From: Deinococcales bacterium
GTDB lineage: Bacteria > Deinococcota > Deinococci > Deinococcales > JAAFIG01
Direction of reading: 5' to 3'
Assembly: GCA_043778225.1 (NCBI GenBank)
Contig: JAYWGM010000044.1
Coordinates: 1 to 64,000, forward strand
Length of the DNA: 64,000 nt
The notes beneath the pieces were generated by a model. It saw nothing but the letters and a program-made list of their open reading frames with translations. It had not been told where the DNA came from and ran no database searches. Position 1 is the first letter of the stretch, and every line of letters starts with the position of its first letter. The translations under genes and the position numbers were made by a program. This document shows, in pieces, positions 10,619-20,045 of the stretch.

Positions 10619-10646
10619 AGACTTGAGACTTGAGACTTGAGACTTG
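10619..10646. repeat. Heptamer tandem repeat (AGACTTG)x4
   Basis: Four exact copies in the divergent hsp20/5'-nucleotidase intergenic region. Confidence 0.9.
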
Positions 10647-10730
10647 ACGATGACCTGACATCTAAGCCCGAGATTCCTTTTAAGACATTTCTCGAGTAAA
10701 CTCTAAGCTCGAGCAAGACAAGGAGGCAGT

Positions 10731-12368
10731 ATGATTTCAAGACGCGATATTCTTAAACTCTTCGGTGTAGCAGGTGCAGCCAGCACGGTCGGGACGCAGC
10801 AAGCCCAAGCCCAAAGCGGTGCATTGACCCTGACAATTTTGCATTGCAACGACACCCACGACCGCCTCGAGCCAACCACGATTGCGGGTAAAGATGCAGC
10901 CGGTAAGGACTTTAGTGTTCAATATGGCGGCGTTGCCCGTATCAAAAGCGCCATCGAGACCCTTAAAATGGGCGCGGTCAACCCAATTGTGGTGGATGCC
11001 GGCGATGTCTTTACGGGCACGATTTATGGCATGATTTACAAAGGACTCGCTGACCTTGCCTATATGGAATCCTTTGGCGTACAAGCCCAAACGGTTGGCA
11101 ATCACGAATTCGATAGCGGGGCTGGCGCGTTAGCCGAGTACATCAAGAATGCAACCTTTCCAGTGGTCAGTGCCAACATTGATGCCAGTGCCGAACCGCT
11201 CTTAAAAGACTTGCTGAAAAAATCCACCCTGCTCGAAGTTCAAGGGCAAAAAATCGGGATTGTCGGCGTGACCACGCCAGACACACCAATTACCAGCAGC
11301 CCCGGCGATAAAGTTAAATTCCTAGACCCTAAGACCTCGGTGCAAGCCGAAGTAGACCGCTTACGTGCTACTGGCGTGACCAAAATTATTTTGCTCTCGC
11401 ACCTTGGTTACTCTAAAGACATCGTTTTGGCAACAGAACTGACTGGTGTTGGCGTGATTGTTGGTGGGCATTCGCATACCCCACTCGGTAAACTCGAGGG
11501 CAATGGTTTACCAGCCTCCGAAGGCAATTACCCAACGGTGCTAAAAGATGCAAACGGCAAAAACATCTTGGTGCTGCAAAGCTGGGAATGGGGCAAAATT
11601 TATGGCAGTATGCGCGTGACTTTCTTAGCCGATGGCACACCAACTTTTTGGAAAGGCACACCCGTACCCGTCACCAGTGCCTTCAAAGCCGATGCGCGTC
11701 TGGCTGCTACAGTTAAAGCCTTTGCTGTTCCAATCGATGCCTTCCGCCGCAATGTGGTCGGTACAGCCGCCGTGCGCTTAAACGGCGACCGCGCCGATGT
11801 CCGTAAGCGCGAGACCAACCTAAGTAATGTCATTGCCGACGCTAACCTTTGGAAAACCCGCACTTATAACACCACGATTTCGATTCAAAACGGCGGTGGT
11901 GTTCGCGCCAGCATCGAAGCCGGTTCGGTCACCCAAGGGCAGTTAATAGATGTCCAACCGTTTGGCAACACCCTCTTTGTGATGGACTTGAGCGGTGCAG
12001 AAATTCGGGCTGCGCTCGAGAACGGCGTTTCGCAATGGGAAGCTGGGGCTGGGCGCTTTGCCCATGTTTCGGGCTTGCGCTACACTTTCGACCTTGCCCA
12101 AAAGGCTGGCTCGAGAATCACCAAAGTCGAAACAGGTAACACCAAAGATGGTTTTGTGGCACTCGAGAATGGCAAAGTCTATAAAGTCGTGACCAACAAC
12201 TTTGTGGCGGCTGGCGGCGACGGCTTTGACTCCTTAAAAAACGCCAAAGGAATGCGCCTCGATACCTACTTGCCCGATTACACCGTCATGACCGATTACT
12301 TCCAGTTCTTAAAAACCATTGATGCCAAAGTCGAAGGTCGCATCACGATTTTGAACGAACCCAAGTAA
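10731..12368 (+). CDS. Tat-exported 5'-nucleotidase/UDP-sugar hydrolase
   Basis: SRRDILK Tat motif; HCNDTHD, DAGD, GNHEFD, GGHSH, NGGGVR motifs; AGGAGG RBS. Confidence 0.93.
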   Translation: MISRRDILKLFGVAGAASTVGTQQAQAQSGALTLTILHCNDTHDRLEPTTIAGKDAAGKDFSVQYGGVARIKSAIETLKMGAVNPIVVDAGDVFTGTIYGMIYKGLADLAYMESFGVQAQTVGNHEFDSGAGALAEYIKNATFPVVSANIDASAEPLLKDLLKKSTLLEVQGQKIGIVGVTTPDTPITSSPGDKVKFLDPKTSVQAEVDRLRATGVTKIILLSHLGYSKDIVLATELTGVGVIVGGHSHTPLGKLEGNGLPASEGNYPTVLKDANGKNILVLQSWEWGKIYGSMRVTFLADGTPTFWKGTPVPVTSAFKADARLAATVKAFAVPIDAFRRNVVGTAAVRLNGDRADVRKRETNLSNVIADANLWKTRTYNTTISIQNGGGVRASIEAGSVTQGQLIDVQPFGNTLFVMDLSGAEIRAALENGVSQWEAGAGRFAHVSGLRYTFDLAQKAGSRITKVETGNTKDGFVALENGKVYKVVTNNFVAAGGDGFDSLKNAKGMRLDTYLPDYTVMTDYFQFLKTIDAKVEGRITILNEPK

Positions 12369-12377
12369 ATGATTTGT

Positions 12378-12408
12378 AAAAAGCCGCACTGTCACAGTGC
12401 GGCTTTCT
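12378..12408. terminator. Probable bidirectional intrinsic terminator
   Basis: AAAGCCGCACTGT-C-ACAGTGCGGCTTT perfect inverted repeat between convergent genes. Confidence 0.8.
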
Positions 12409-12803
12409 TATTCATCAGACCGTTGAGTTGTTTTTGTGGTCATTAAGCGCAAACTTTGAATTTCTTGGATTTGCAAACAAACACCATCAAACTCGCGCAT
12501 CACTGCTTGATTGGTAAACCGCAGAACCATCAAACCTTGTGCCTCGAGAATTGCAGTGCGTTCAACATCTCGAGCTAAACCATCTTCGGTAAAATGCTGC
12601 GAACCATCTAATTCAACCACCAAAGCACAGGCAGAACAATAAAAATCCACAATGAACTGAGCAATAACACGTTGCCGCAACCAACGCGGCTGTGAACCTA
12701 TAAGAAACTGAAACCACAGTTTTTTCTCAGCAGGGGTCATGGCGAGCCGTAAATCTCGAGCGCGACTCGTCAATTTATGATTGTATGCCCGTCGGCTAAA
12801 CAC
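12408..12803 (-). CDS. DUF559 (Vsr-like) endonuclease domain protein
   Basis: ARDLR..MTPAEKKLW, RQ, FIVDFYC, VELDGSQH, D..RT..L...G..VLRF motifs; GGAGG upstream of a GTG start. Confidence 0.9.
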   Translation of the reverse strand: MFSRRAYNHKLTSRARDLRLAMTPAEKKLWFQFLIGSQPRWLRQRVIAQFIVDFYCSACALVVELDGSQHFTEDGLARDVERTAILEAQGLMVLRFTNQAVMREFDGVCLQIQEIQSLRLMTTKTTQRSDE

Positions 12804-12831
12804 TCATACCCTCCGTACTGTCCCTGCACCC

Positions 12832-12950
12832 CATAAACCCCCTCTTCGAGGGGTCGAGCCTAAGGCGAGGGGGGAGTTCTCCCAGAACATGATGTGGGAA
12901 CTCCCCCACGTTCGTTGCACTCACGTTTCCCCCTCTTCGAGGGGGTTATG
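12832..12950. repeat. Inverted doublet of composite GC-rich hairpin repeats (REPIN/MITE-like)
   Basis: CCCCTCTTCGAGGGG hairpins at 12839-12853 and 12929-12945; central GGGGGAGTTC...GAACTCCCCC stem; CATAA/TTATG outer ends. Confidence 0.75.
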
Positions 12951-12955
12951 TAGGA

Positions 12956-13972
12956 CTACACAATTTCCTCGAGTTTAACGCTGCGTTTTTCTTGGTACGA
13001 GCGTGTGACCGCCAGTGCCAAACGCAGACTCTCGAGCGCATCGGTAGCACCCGGATTTGGGGTCGTGCCGTTTTCTAAACTCTTAAAAAAGGCTTCTAAC
13101 TCGAGTTTGTAGGCTTCTTTGAACCTGTCCATAAAAAAGTCAAAATGGTCAGCGCTTAAAAACCCTGTACCAGCAGCATTTTGTCCATACTGCCATAGCG
13201 GCGTTTTTGGTGTGGCATCCAAAGCCAATTTGCCGTGTGTGCCAAAAATTTCGGTGGTCACATCGTAGCCATAGGCACTGGTTCTCGAGTTTTCAATCAC
13301 ACCAATCGCCCCATTAAAAAAGCGCAACATGGTGGTGGTGGTGTCCGAGTCACCCAAAGCAGCAATTTCTGGGTTATGGGCTGTTCCCCAAACCAAGACT
13401 TCTTGCACTTCGCCGACCAAAAACCGTGCAATGTCGAGGTCGTGAACCGCTTGGTCTATAAATTGCCCACCCGAAACGCTTAAATACTCGAGGCTGGGTG
13501 GGGCTGGGTCGCGCCCAACTGCCCGAAATTGGCGAACTACGCCAAGCTCGCCATTCTCGAGTTTTTGTTTGGCTAAGGCAAATGGCGGGTCAAAACGGCG
13601 GTTAAAGCCAATCTGAAACGGTACACCAGCTAAACGCACCACCTCGAGGGCGGCTTTGGTACGGGCTAAATCGAGGGCTACCGGTTTTTCGCAAAAAATT
13701 GCTTTGCCTGCTTTGGCTGCCGCCTCGATTAGAGGGGCATGGGTCGGGGTTGGGGTGACAATCAGCACCGCATCCACTTCAGGGGCGTTAATCGCGTCCT
13801 CTGGATTAACAAATTCAAACTCGGCTCGAGTCAGGGCTTTGGCGGCGGCTCGAGATGGCTCAAATGGGTCGGCAACCGCCACCACTTTGGCATTGGCAAC
13901 CCCCATCAGGGTTCGAGCGTGTTCAATTCCCATACGTCCACAGCCAAGCAGTGCCACTCCAAATGTTTTCAT
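12956..13972 (-). CDS. iolG: Inositol 2-dehydrogenase-like Gfo/Idh/MocA oxidoreductase
   Basis: GCGRMG, CEKP, GFNRRFDP, DQAVHDLD and YGYD motifs. Confidence 0.8.
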   Translation of the reverse strand: MKTFGVALLGCGRMGIEHARTLMGVANAKVVAVADPFEPSRAAAKALTRAEFEFVNPEDAINAPEVDAVLIVTPTPTHAPLIEAAAKAGKAIFCEKPVALDLARTKAALEVVRLAGVPFQIGFNRRFDPPFALAKQKLENGELGVVRQFRAVGRDPAPPSLEYLSVSGGQFIDQAVHDLDIARFLVGEVQEVLVWGTAHNPEIAALGDSDTTTTMLRFFNGAIGVIENSRTSAYGYDVTTEIFGTHGKLALDATPKTPLWQYGQNAAGTGFLSADHFDFFMDRFKEAYKLELEAFFKSLENGTTPNPGATDALESLRLALAVTRSYQEKRSVKLEEIV

Positions 13973-14123
13973 ATTTTTCTAGTCTACCGTAATTTTATCA
14001 GCCACAAACCCAAAACAGGTACACAAGCTCTGGTATGAAAATTCAAACAAACCCAAGAACTGGTGTATTCGAGTCAAAAAAGTTGGTATATTCTGGCTTT
14101 GTGGAGTAAGCTACTACCTAATT

Positions 14124-14972
14124 GTGGCTCGCTCCTTGGTTTTTACTGAACTGAATCGTACTGCGTTTCTGGCACTTTCCAGCCATGCTACGCCTTTACC
14201 CCTCGAGACCCTTGGGGAGTACATTGGTCTGAATACCCCAAAAGCCAGTCAGTGGCTCGAGCAACGCCTTGACGGACGCTTTTTGATTTCGGATAGTCTG
14301 GTTGGACTCCAAGACTGGACTCGAGTTTTCCCGCCACGTGGCGAAATTATTGTGGCTCTGGATTTAGAAGCCACCAATGGCGACCCTGTGCGCGAGGACA
14401 TCATCGAAATTGGGGCGGTGCGCCTTGACCACAATGGGACACAAGAATTTCAGTCGTTTGTACCGAGTAACCGCCCAATTAACCCATTTGTTCAACGCAT
14501 GACTGGAATCAACGCTGCCATGCTTGAGGGCGCACCACCCATCGAAGAAACACTGATGCGGCTTGAGTCGTTTCTCGAGGGAGCAACCTTGGTGGTTCAC
14601 AATGCTGGGTTTGATGCTGCATTGTTGGCTCGAGAATTTGCTAAACTGGGTCGCAAGTTGTCCAATCCAATTGTGGATACAATCAACTTGGCGCAAGCTG
14701 TCCTGCCCGGGAGGCGCAAACGTGGACTTGAAACCTTATCTAGACTTTATGATGTTCCACAAGCTGCAAGGCATCGCGCTTTAGACGACGCTCGGGTTAC
14801 ACTGGCAGTTGCAAAACACCTTTACTTTTCCCTCGCGGGAATCCGCGAGTTGACCCTGAAAGAACTCCACGATGAACTCAACCAAAACCAACCGCCAAAA
14901 CCAACCGCTAAAAGTAGCTTCCCAAGCCATCCCAAAGCCCAACGCCGTCGGAGGTCCCGTCGTGAGCGTTAA
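14124..14972 (+). CDS. DnaQ-like DEDDh 3'-5' exonuclease with N-terminal extension
   Basis: ExoI DLEAT, ExoII HNAGFD, ExoIII HRALDDA. Confidence 0.85.
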   Translation: MARSLVFTELNRTAFLALSSHATPLPLETLGEYIGLNTPKASQWLEQRLDGRFLISDSLVGLQDWTRVFPPRGEIIVALDLEATNGDPVREDIIEIGAVRLDHNGTQEFQSFVPSNRPINPFVQRMTGINAAMLEGAPPIEETLMRLESFLEGATLVVHNAGFDAALLAREFAKLGRKLSNPIVDTINLAQAVLPGRRKRGLETLSRLYDVPQAARHRALDDARVTLAVAKHLYFSLAGIRELTLKELHDELNQNQPPKPTAKSSFPSHPKAQRRRRSRRER

Positions 14973-16173
14973 ACAATTTCGCTACACCATCACCCGTATG
15001 TGCTTAGACTCTGGCAGTCTAGCGATTCTTAAATACCTCGAGCCATATCTGCCCCAAGAAGGCACACTCAGTCTGATTCACGATGGTGGGCGCGAGCTTC
15101 GTCTCGAGCCACGCTTGCAACGTTTATATGGTCTGAGCGATTTTTTTGCCCAGCACAAACTGGCAGTCAACGATGCTTTGCTGCTCACACCGCTTGACTC
15201 CAATCGCTGGCAACTCGAGCTACAACAAAAAACCCGTCTGGCAGCCAGTCCAACGGCTGCCCTAGCTGCGCCAGCCCCAATGGAAAGCATCATCGAAGAT
15301 GAAAGCTCGCACATTCGGGTGGTGCGTAAGCAACCAGCCTCGGTTTTACCTTACCCAAACGGTATTCTTTACCCAAGCAGCGAAAAAAACCAAGCCACCG
15401 AAGCACCTGCTGTGGTTTTATCGGCTGTGGTTGCCAGTGTCAGCCCACAACTTCAGACTTCGCCACTCGAAAACCTAAGCCGTATTTTTAGTGGTTTTGG
15501 TTACGAAGTCAGCAATCTCGAGAATGGTTTACAACTCGAGGCACGCTTGCCACGCGGCACACATCGTATTGCGCTGGCACTTGAAGGTCATGGCGACACC
15601 AGTGTGGTCTTAAAAGCCGGGCGCTTACAAGGCGCAAAGTATTTGGCGGTTGCCACCAGCAGCGAGCGCTTAGGGCTAATAGACACCACCACTGCCTTTG
15701 GTCTGGTTGCTCGGGTTGAACTTGAAGCCCTTGCCACGCTTGAGAAACTGCAAGAGCATTTTGCGCTTACCCCACTCGAGCTAGAAGGCTATTGGAACGC
15801 TGGCGGAATCCGTCAAGATGCCCTAGAAAGCATCCAACAAAGCATCAATCAACGGCTCGAGACCCGTGGTGAATTTAGTTTTATCATGCTGGCACTGCGC
15901 CACTTTAACGCCCCCTGTGCGCTGACCCCAGAAGACATCGTGGCAAAACTGCCCGGCAGTGGAATTGGCACAAGCACCGTGCTGCAAGTTCTCGAGACGC
16001 TTTCCAAAGCCCCATTTATGTTGGTCACACCGCTTGGCATGGGCGAATACCACCTCAAAATGAGCCTAGACCGTGGACTCGAGGATTTAGCGGGTTATGT
16101 CTCGAGCGTCAAAATGCGCTTACGCACTTCTGCCCCGCAAAAAGCTGACAATATCTTGACTCGGATGCACTAG
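14962..16173 (+). CDS. Hypothetical multidomain protein
   Basis: Long ORF overlapping the exonuclease stop; GTG at 14962 preceded by GGAGG. Confidence 0.7.
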   Translation: MSVKQFRYTITRMCLDSGSLAILKYLEPYLPQEGTLSLIHDGGRELRLEPRLQRLYGLSDFFAQHKLAVNDALLLTPLDSNRWQLELQQKTRLAASPTAALAAPAPMESIIEDESSHIRVVRKQPASVLPYPNGILYPSSEKNQATEAPAVVLSAVVASVSPQLQTSPLENLSRIFSGFGYEVSNLENGLQLEARLPRGTHRIALALEGHGDTSVVLKAGRLQGAKYLAVATSSERLGLIDTTTAFGLVARVELEALATLEKLQEHFALTPLELEGYWNAGGIRQDALESIQQSINQRLETRGEFSFIMLALRHFNAPCALTPEDIVAKLPGSGIGTSTVLQVLETLSKAPFMLVTPLGMGEYHLKMSLDRGLEDLAGYVSSVKMRLRTSAPQKADNILTRMH

Positions 16174-16201
16174 GGGCAGAAAAAAGTTGTTGATTCTTCT
16201 T

Positions 16202-17149
16202 TTAATCATACCGTATTCTTGGGTCGAGCGCTCCGTACATCAGGTCTACAACCAAGTTAATCAGCACAATCATCATGGCGATTACAAAAACCACGCCCTG
16301 CACCAAGGGGTAATCGCTCGAGCGCACGGCTTGTAAGCCCAGTAAGCCCAGTCCGGGAATGTTAAAGACACTCTCGACCACGATTCCACCCGCCAGCAAT
16401 TGCCCAAATTGGATGCCGACTAAGGTTAAAATATTGATTGCGGCGTTGCGTAAAATGTGTTTACGAATCACCACACCCTCGAGTAAGCCTTTAGAGCGAG
16501 CCGTGCGGACAAAATCTTGGCTTTGGGTCTCGAGAACACTCGAGCGTACCATCCGCACCAGTCCGGCAGCCTGTCCCAGCGCCAGCGTCAGCACTGGCAT
16601 CACAAGGCTACGCGCCGCTTTAAGGGGGTCGTCTGACCAGTTGGTCCAACCGTTGGCAGGCAGCCAACCGAGTGTGACCGCAAAAAGCAGTACAAACATA
16701 ATCCCAAGCCAAAAACTTGGGATTGCTAAACCCACTTGGGTCAGGGTCACGACCAGCACATCGGTCAAACTGCCGCGCTTTTGTGCTGCGTACACGCCAG
16801 CCGGCAGCGCAATCAGCAGTGATAACAGGCTTGAGAGTCCGACCAAGGGCAGGGTAATTGGCAATCTATCCCAAATCAGACGACTGACTTCTTGGCTTAA
16901 ACTGATGCTTTTGCCAAGGTCGCCTTGTGGAATCCCAGCCAGCCAGCCGATAAAGCGCTCGAGTGGTGGTTTATCTAAGCCCAGTTGTTGTTGCAGCACG
17001 GCGTATTGGTTGGGGTCATAATTTAAGCCCAAAATCAGTTGTACAGGGTCGCCCGGCACAAGCAGCATTGCAAAAAAGACCATCACACTGGCAAGCAGCA
17101 GTGTTATCAGGGCAGTTAAAACTCGGCGCAGCAAAAAGCCTAGGGTCAC
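16202..17149 (-). CDS. Peptide/nickel ABC transporter permease (DppB/OppB family)
   Basis: PGDP, GDLGKS, FVRTARSKGL...HILRNA (EAA loop) and DPRIR motifs. Confidence 0.92.
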   Translation of the reverse strand: MTLGFLLRRVLTALITLLLASVMVFFAMLLVPGDPVQLILGLNYDPNQYAVLQQQLGLDKPPLERFIGWLAGIPQGDLGKSISLSQEVSRLIWDRLPITLPLVGLSSLLSLLIALPAGVYAAQKRGSLTDVLVVTLTQVGLAIPSFWLGIMFVLLFAVTLGWLPANGWTNWSDDPLKAARSLVMPVLTLALGQAAGLVRMVRSSVLETQSQDFVRTARSKGLLEGVVIRKHILRNAAINILTLVGIQFGQLLAGGIVVESVFNIPGLGLLGLQAVRSSDYPLVQGVVFVIAMMIVLINLVVDLMYGALDPRIRYD

Positions 17150-17279
17150 TCGAGCAGTTTAACATCCATTGCCCTTATGTCTTACACACCTAAAGATGTA
17201 TACTCGCTCCTCGAGACTCGCGTCTTTTTGTACGCGGTTTTATGGATTTCGCAGGTAGACTGCGTAGCTAGGAGACGGC

Positions 17280-18311
17280 GTGAAACTTGTAGAGGACATC
17301 GGAATTGATTTAGGTACAGCTAATTTCTTGATTTATATTCGTGGTAAGGGCATTGTGCTGCAAGAACCAAGTGTGATTGCGATGGTGCGCGACTCCAAAG
17401 AAGTCAAAGCCGTCGGCGAAGAAGCCTACCGCATGATTGGGCGCACACCGGGCAATATCGTGGCGGTTCGTCCGATTAAAGATGGTGTGATTGCCGACTT
17501 TGAACTGACCAAACGAATGCTGACCAAGTTTTTAGATAAAGTGATTACTGGCTACTCGCGGTTTTTGCGCCCGACAATTATGGTTGGTGTGCCAAGCGGC
17601 GTGACCAACCTCGAGAAGCGCGGTATTATTACGGCGGTGCGTGAACGCGCCCGCAAGGTCTATTTAATCGAAGAACCGATGGCAGCCGCAATTGGCGCTG
17701 GGGTGCAAATTGCCGAACCAACGGGCAGCATTATTGTGGACATTGGCGGTGGCTCTACCGACATTGCGGTCATTAGCTTGGGCGGTATTGTCGTCAGCCG
17801 CAGCATTAAAATTGCTGGCAATGAATTTGACGAAAGCATTATTAAATACGTGCGCCGCAAAGAAAACCTGATGATTGGCGAGCGCAGTTCTGAAGAACTG
17901 AAAGTTAAAATTGGCGCAGCCACCTTAACCGCTGACGACACGATTTTAACCGCCGAAGTGCGTGGGCGCGACCTGATTAACGGACTGCCAAAAACCGTCC
18001 AACTGACCAGTGCCGACATTGCCGATGCGCTCCAAGAACCTGTCCAAAAAATTGTGGATTTGGTCAAACAAGTCCTCGAGTCAACCCCGCCAGAACTTGT
18101 GTCCGACATCATTGACCGTGGCATTATCCTGACTGGTGGCGGCGCAATGCTGCGTAACCTCGACGAACGCCTGCGCCAAGCCACTGGTATCCCCGTGATT
18201 ATTGCCCCAAATGCAATCCAAGCTGTGGCACTCGGCACAGGCAAAGCCCTCGACATGATTCCAATTCTGCGCGATGCCTTGGACTCGAGCGAGAACTATT
18301 ACGGAAGGTAG
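17280..18311 (+). CDS. mreB: Rod shape-determining protein MreB
   Basis: GIDLGTAN, EPSV, RPIKDGVIAD, DIGGGST and LTGGGA motifs. Confidence 0.96.
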   Translation: MKLVEDIGIDLGTANFLIYIRGKGIVLQEPSVIAMVRDSKEVKAVGEEAYRMIGRTPGNIVAVRPIKDGVIADFELTKRMLTKFLDKVITGYSRFLRPTIMVGVPSGVTNLEKRGIITAVRERARKVYLIEEPMAAAIGAGVQIAEPTGSIIVDIGGGSTDIAVISLGGIVVSRSIKIAGNEFDESIIKYVRRKENLMIGERSSEELKVKIGAATLTADDTILTAEVRGRDLINGLPKTVQLTSADIADALQEPVQKIVDLVKQVLESTPPELVSDIIDRGIILTGGGAMLRNLDERLRQATGIPVIIAPNAIQAVALGTGKALDMIPILRDALDSSENYYGR

Positions 18312-18317
18312 AGGAGC

Positions 18318-18500
18318 AGGGTAAAGGGTTAAAGGTTAAAAGGTTAAAAGTGAGTGCGGCAGAATCCAAAGGAAGCGCTTCTCATTGAATGGATGTACCG
18401 AACTCACGTTATTTTGCGAGGCTCGAGTCATGAATTTCAAATTTGCGGCTCGAGCTTTTCTTTTACCTTTTGCCCTTTTCACCTTTTTACCCTCTGCCCT
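18318..18500. repeat. Paired inverted low-complexity arms (GGTAAA/GGTTAAA-like and TTTTACC-like)
   Basis: Purine arm at 18318-18350 and complementary pyrimidine arm at about 18455-18500. Confidence 0.6.
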
Positions 18501-20031
18501 CGCTCAAGACCTACCGCTTACCGATGTCAAGCCCGGTCTCGAGGGCATTGCGCTGACGGCTGGGGCTGGGAATGTCTTACAGCGCTTCGAGGTTCGGGTA
18601 CTCGATACCGTAGACGACCCACGTGGCTTTCCACTTATCTTGGTGCGTGGCTCTGGCGCTTGGCTCGATGCGGTTGGTGGCATCGGTCAGGGCTTTAGTG
18701 GCAGTCCGGTCTATATTGGTGGACGTTTATTAGGGGCAATTTCTGGCGGTTTTCCCAATGCCGACCACCGTTTAGCACTGGTCACACCCATCTCAGCCAT
18801 GCGTCGGGCGCAACAACCGCCGACCGCGCTCGAGTTGGCGCTGCCGATAAAACAGCACTGTATTGCCGACATTGGTTGTGCTGAGCCACTTGCCTTGCCA
18901 TTCTCGAGTTTTGGCTTGACCCCCAAAGCCCAGAATCTGCTGCTCGAGGGTTTACGCGCCAAAGGCTACGCGCTCGAGTTGCAGCAAGGAAGTGGCGCTC
19001 AGACTGCCAACCGTCCCTATAAGCTCGAGCCAGGCGCAGCCATTGCCGCCCAGCTTGCCACGGGTGATGTCAGCCTTGGGGCAATTGGCACAATCACGAC
19101 GATCGAAAAAAATCAGATTTTGGCGTTTGGACACCCGGTCTTTGCCGATTTACGCGCCCGATTTATTGCCATGCCAGCCTACATCAGCACGATTATTCCA
19201 TCTCAGGTTGTGCCGTATAAAATTGGTGCAGCCACAGGTAGCCCGATTGGTATTTTTAGCACCGACCATCCGGCGGGGATTGCCGGAACATTGGGGGCAA
19301 ATAACGGTCTGCCGCTTGAAATCAGCCTCAAACGCGGCACAAATACTAAAAATCTGAAAATTTTGCTTGCACCAGTCGAAGACTTATATGCCAACTTGAC
19401 CTTAGCCAGCGTCTCGAGTGGCATCGAGCAGCTATTGGAAGGCTCGGGTCCCGGTTTAGCACGGCTTGGTATCAGCCTCGAGTTTGCCGACCGCCCCAGT
19501 GTAACGCTGCGCGAAGTTGTGACGGGCGATGATGTCGCCCGTGCGGCTGGGGTGCGGGCTGCCCTGATGACGGCGTTAATTACCGAAAACCCGTACCGCG
19601 AAAGCCGCCTTAAAAAAATCAGCCTCGAGATTGAAATCAGCGCTTACTCGAGTTTGCGGGTGATTAAACTTGAGCCCGAAAAGAAAATGGTTAAACCAAA
19701 CGAATTGGCAGTCATCAACCTGCGCTTACAGGCTTACCGCAGTGCGGTGATTGTCAAGCGTATTCTTTATAAAGCCCCCAGCGAAGAAGGGCAGTACCGT
19801 TTGCGGGTGCGTGGGGCAGCCACTCCACGACCACAGAACGAACTCGAGAATCCCGACCCATGGGATGGAATTTTAACTTTAGATGAATTGCTTGAGCGCT
19901 TAAAAAGCCGCATTAAAGATTCGGATTTGGTGGTTGAAACGCTTCGCCCCGAACCTGTTATAGTTGGTTTAGAACGTTTTGATGTTCCTGTGACGGGCTG
20001 GGGGTATATTGATGTGACCGTCCAGAAGTAA
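18430..20031 (+). CDS. SpoIVB peptidase S55 domain protein, exported
   Basis: Signal peptide; GIGQGFSGSPVY (S55 Ser motif), GTIT and AFGHP motifs; ATG at 18430. Confidence 0.8.
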   Translation: MNFKFAARAFLLPFALFTFLPSALAQDLPLTDVKPGLEGIALTAGAGNVLQRFEVRVLDTVDDPRGFPLILVRGSGAWLDAVGGIGQGFSGSPVYIGGRLLGAISGGFPNADHRLALVTPISAMRRAQQPPTALELALPIKQHCIADIGCAEPLALPFSSFGLTPKAQNLLLEGLRAKGYALELQQGSGAQTANRPYKLEPGAAIAAQLATGDVSLGAIGTITTIEKNQILAFGHPVFADLRARFIAMPAYISTIIPSQVVPYKIGAATGSPIGIFSTDHPAGIAGTLGANNGLPLEISLKRGTNTKNLKILLAPVEDLYANLTLASVSSGIEQLLEGSGPGLARLGISLEFADRPSVTLREVVTGDDVARAAGVRAALMTALITENPYRESRLKKISLEIEISAYSSLRVIKLEPEKKMVKPNELAVINLRLQAYRSAVIVKRILYKAPSEEGQYRLRVRGAATPRPQNELENPDPWDGILTLDELLERLKSRIKDSDLVVETLRPEPVIVGLERFDVPVTGWGYIDVTVQK

Positions 20032-20045
20032 AGGGGATAAATTAG

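Noticed and set aside
17660..18256. 198-aa antisense ORF, and similar long shadow ORFs at 16359-17021, 27184-27744 and 42128-42838
   Set aside because: They lie opposite well-supported genes and have no recognisable motifs.
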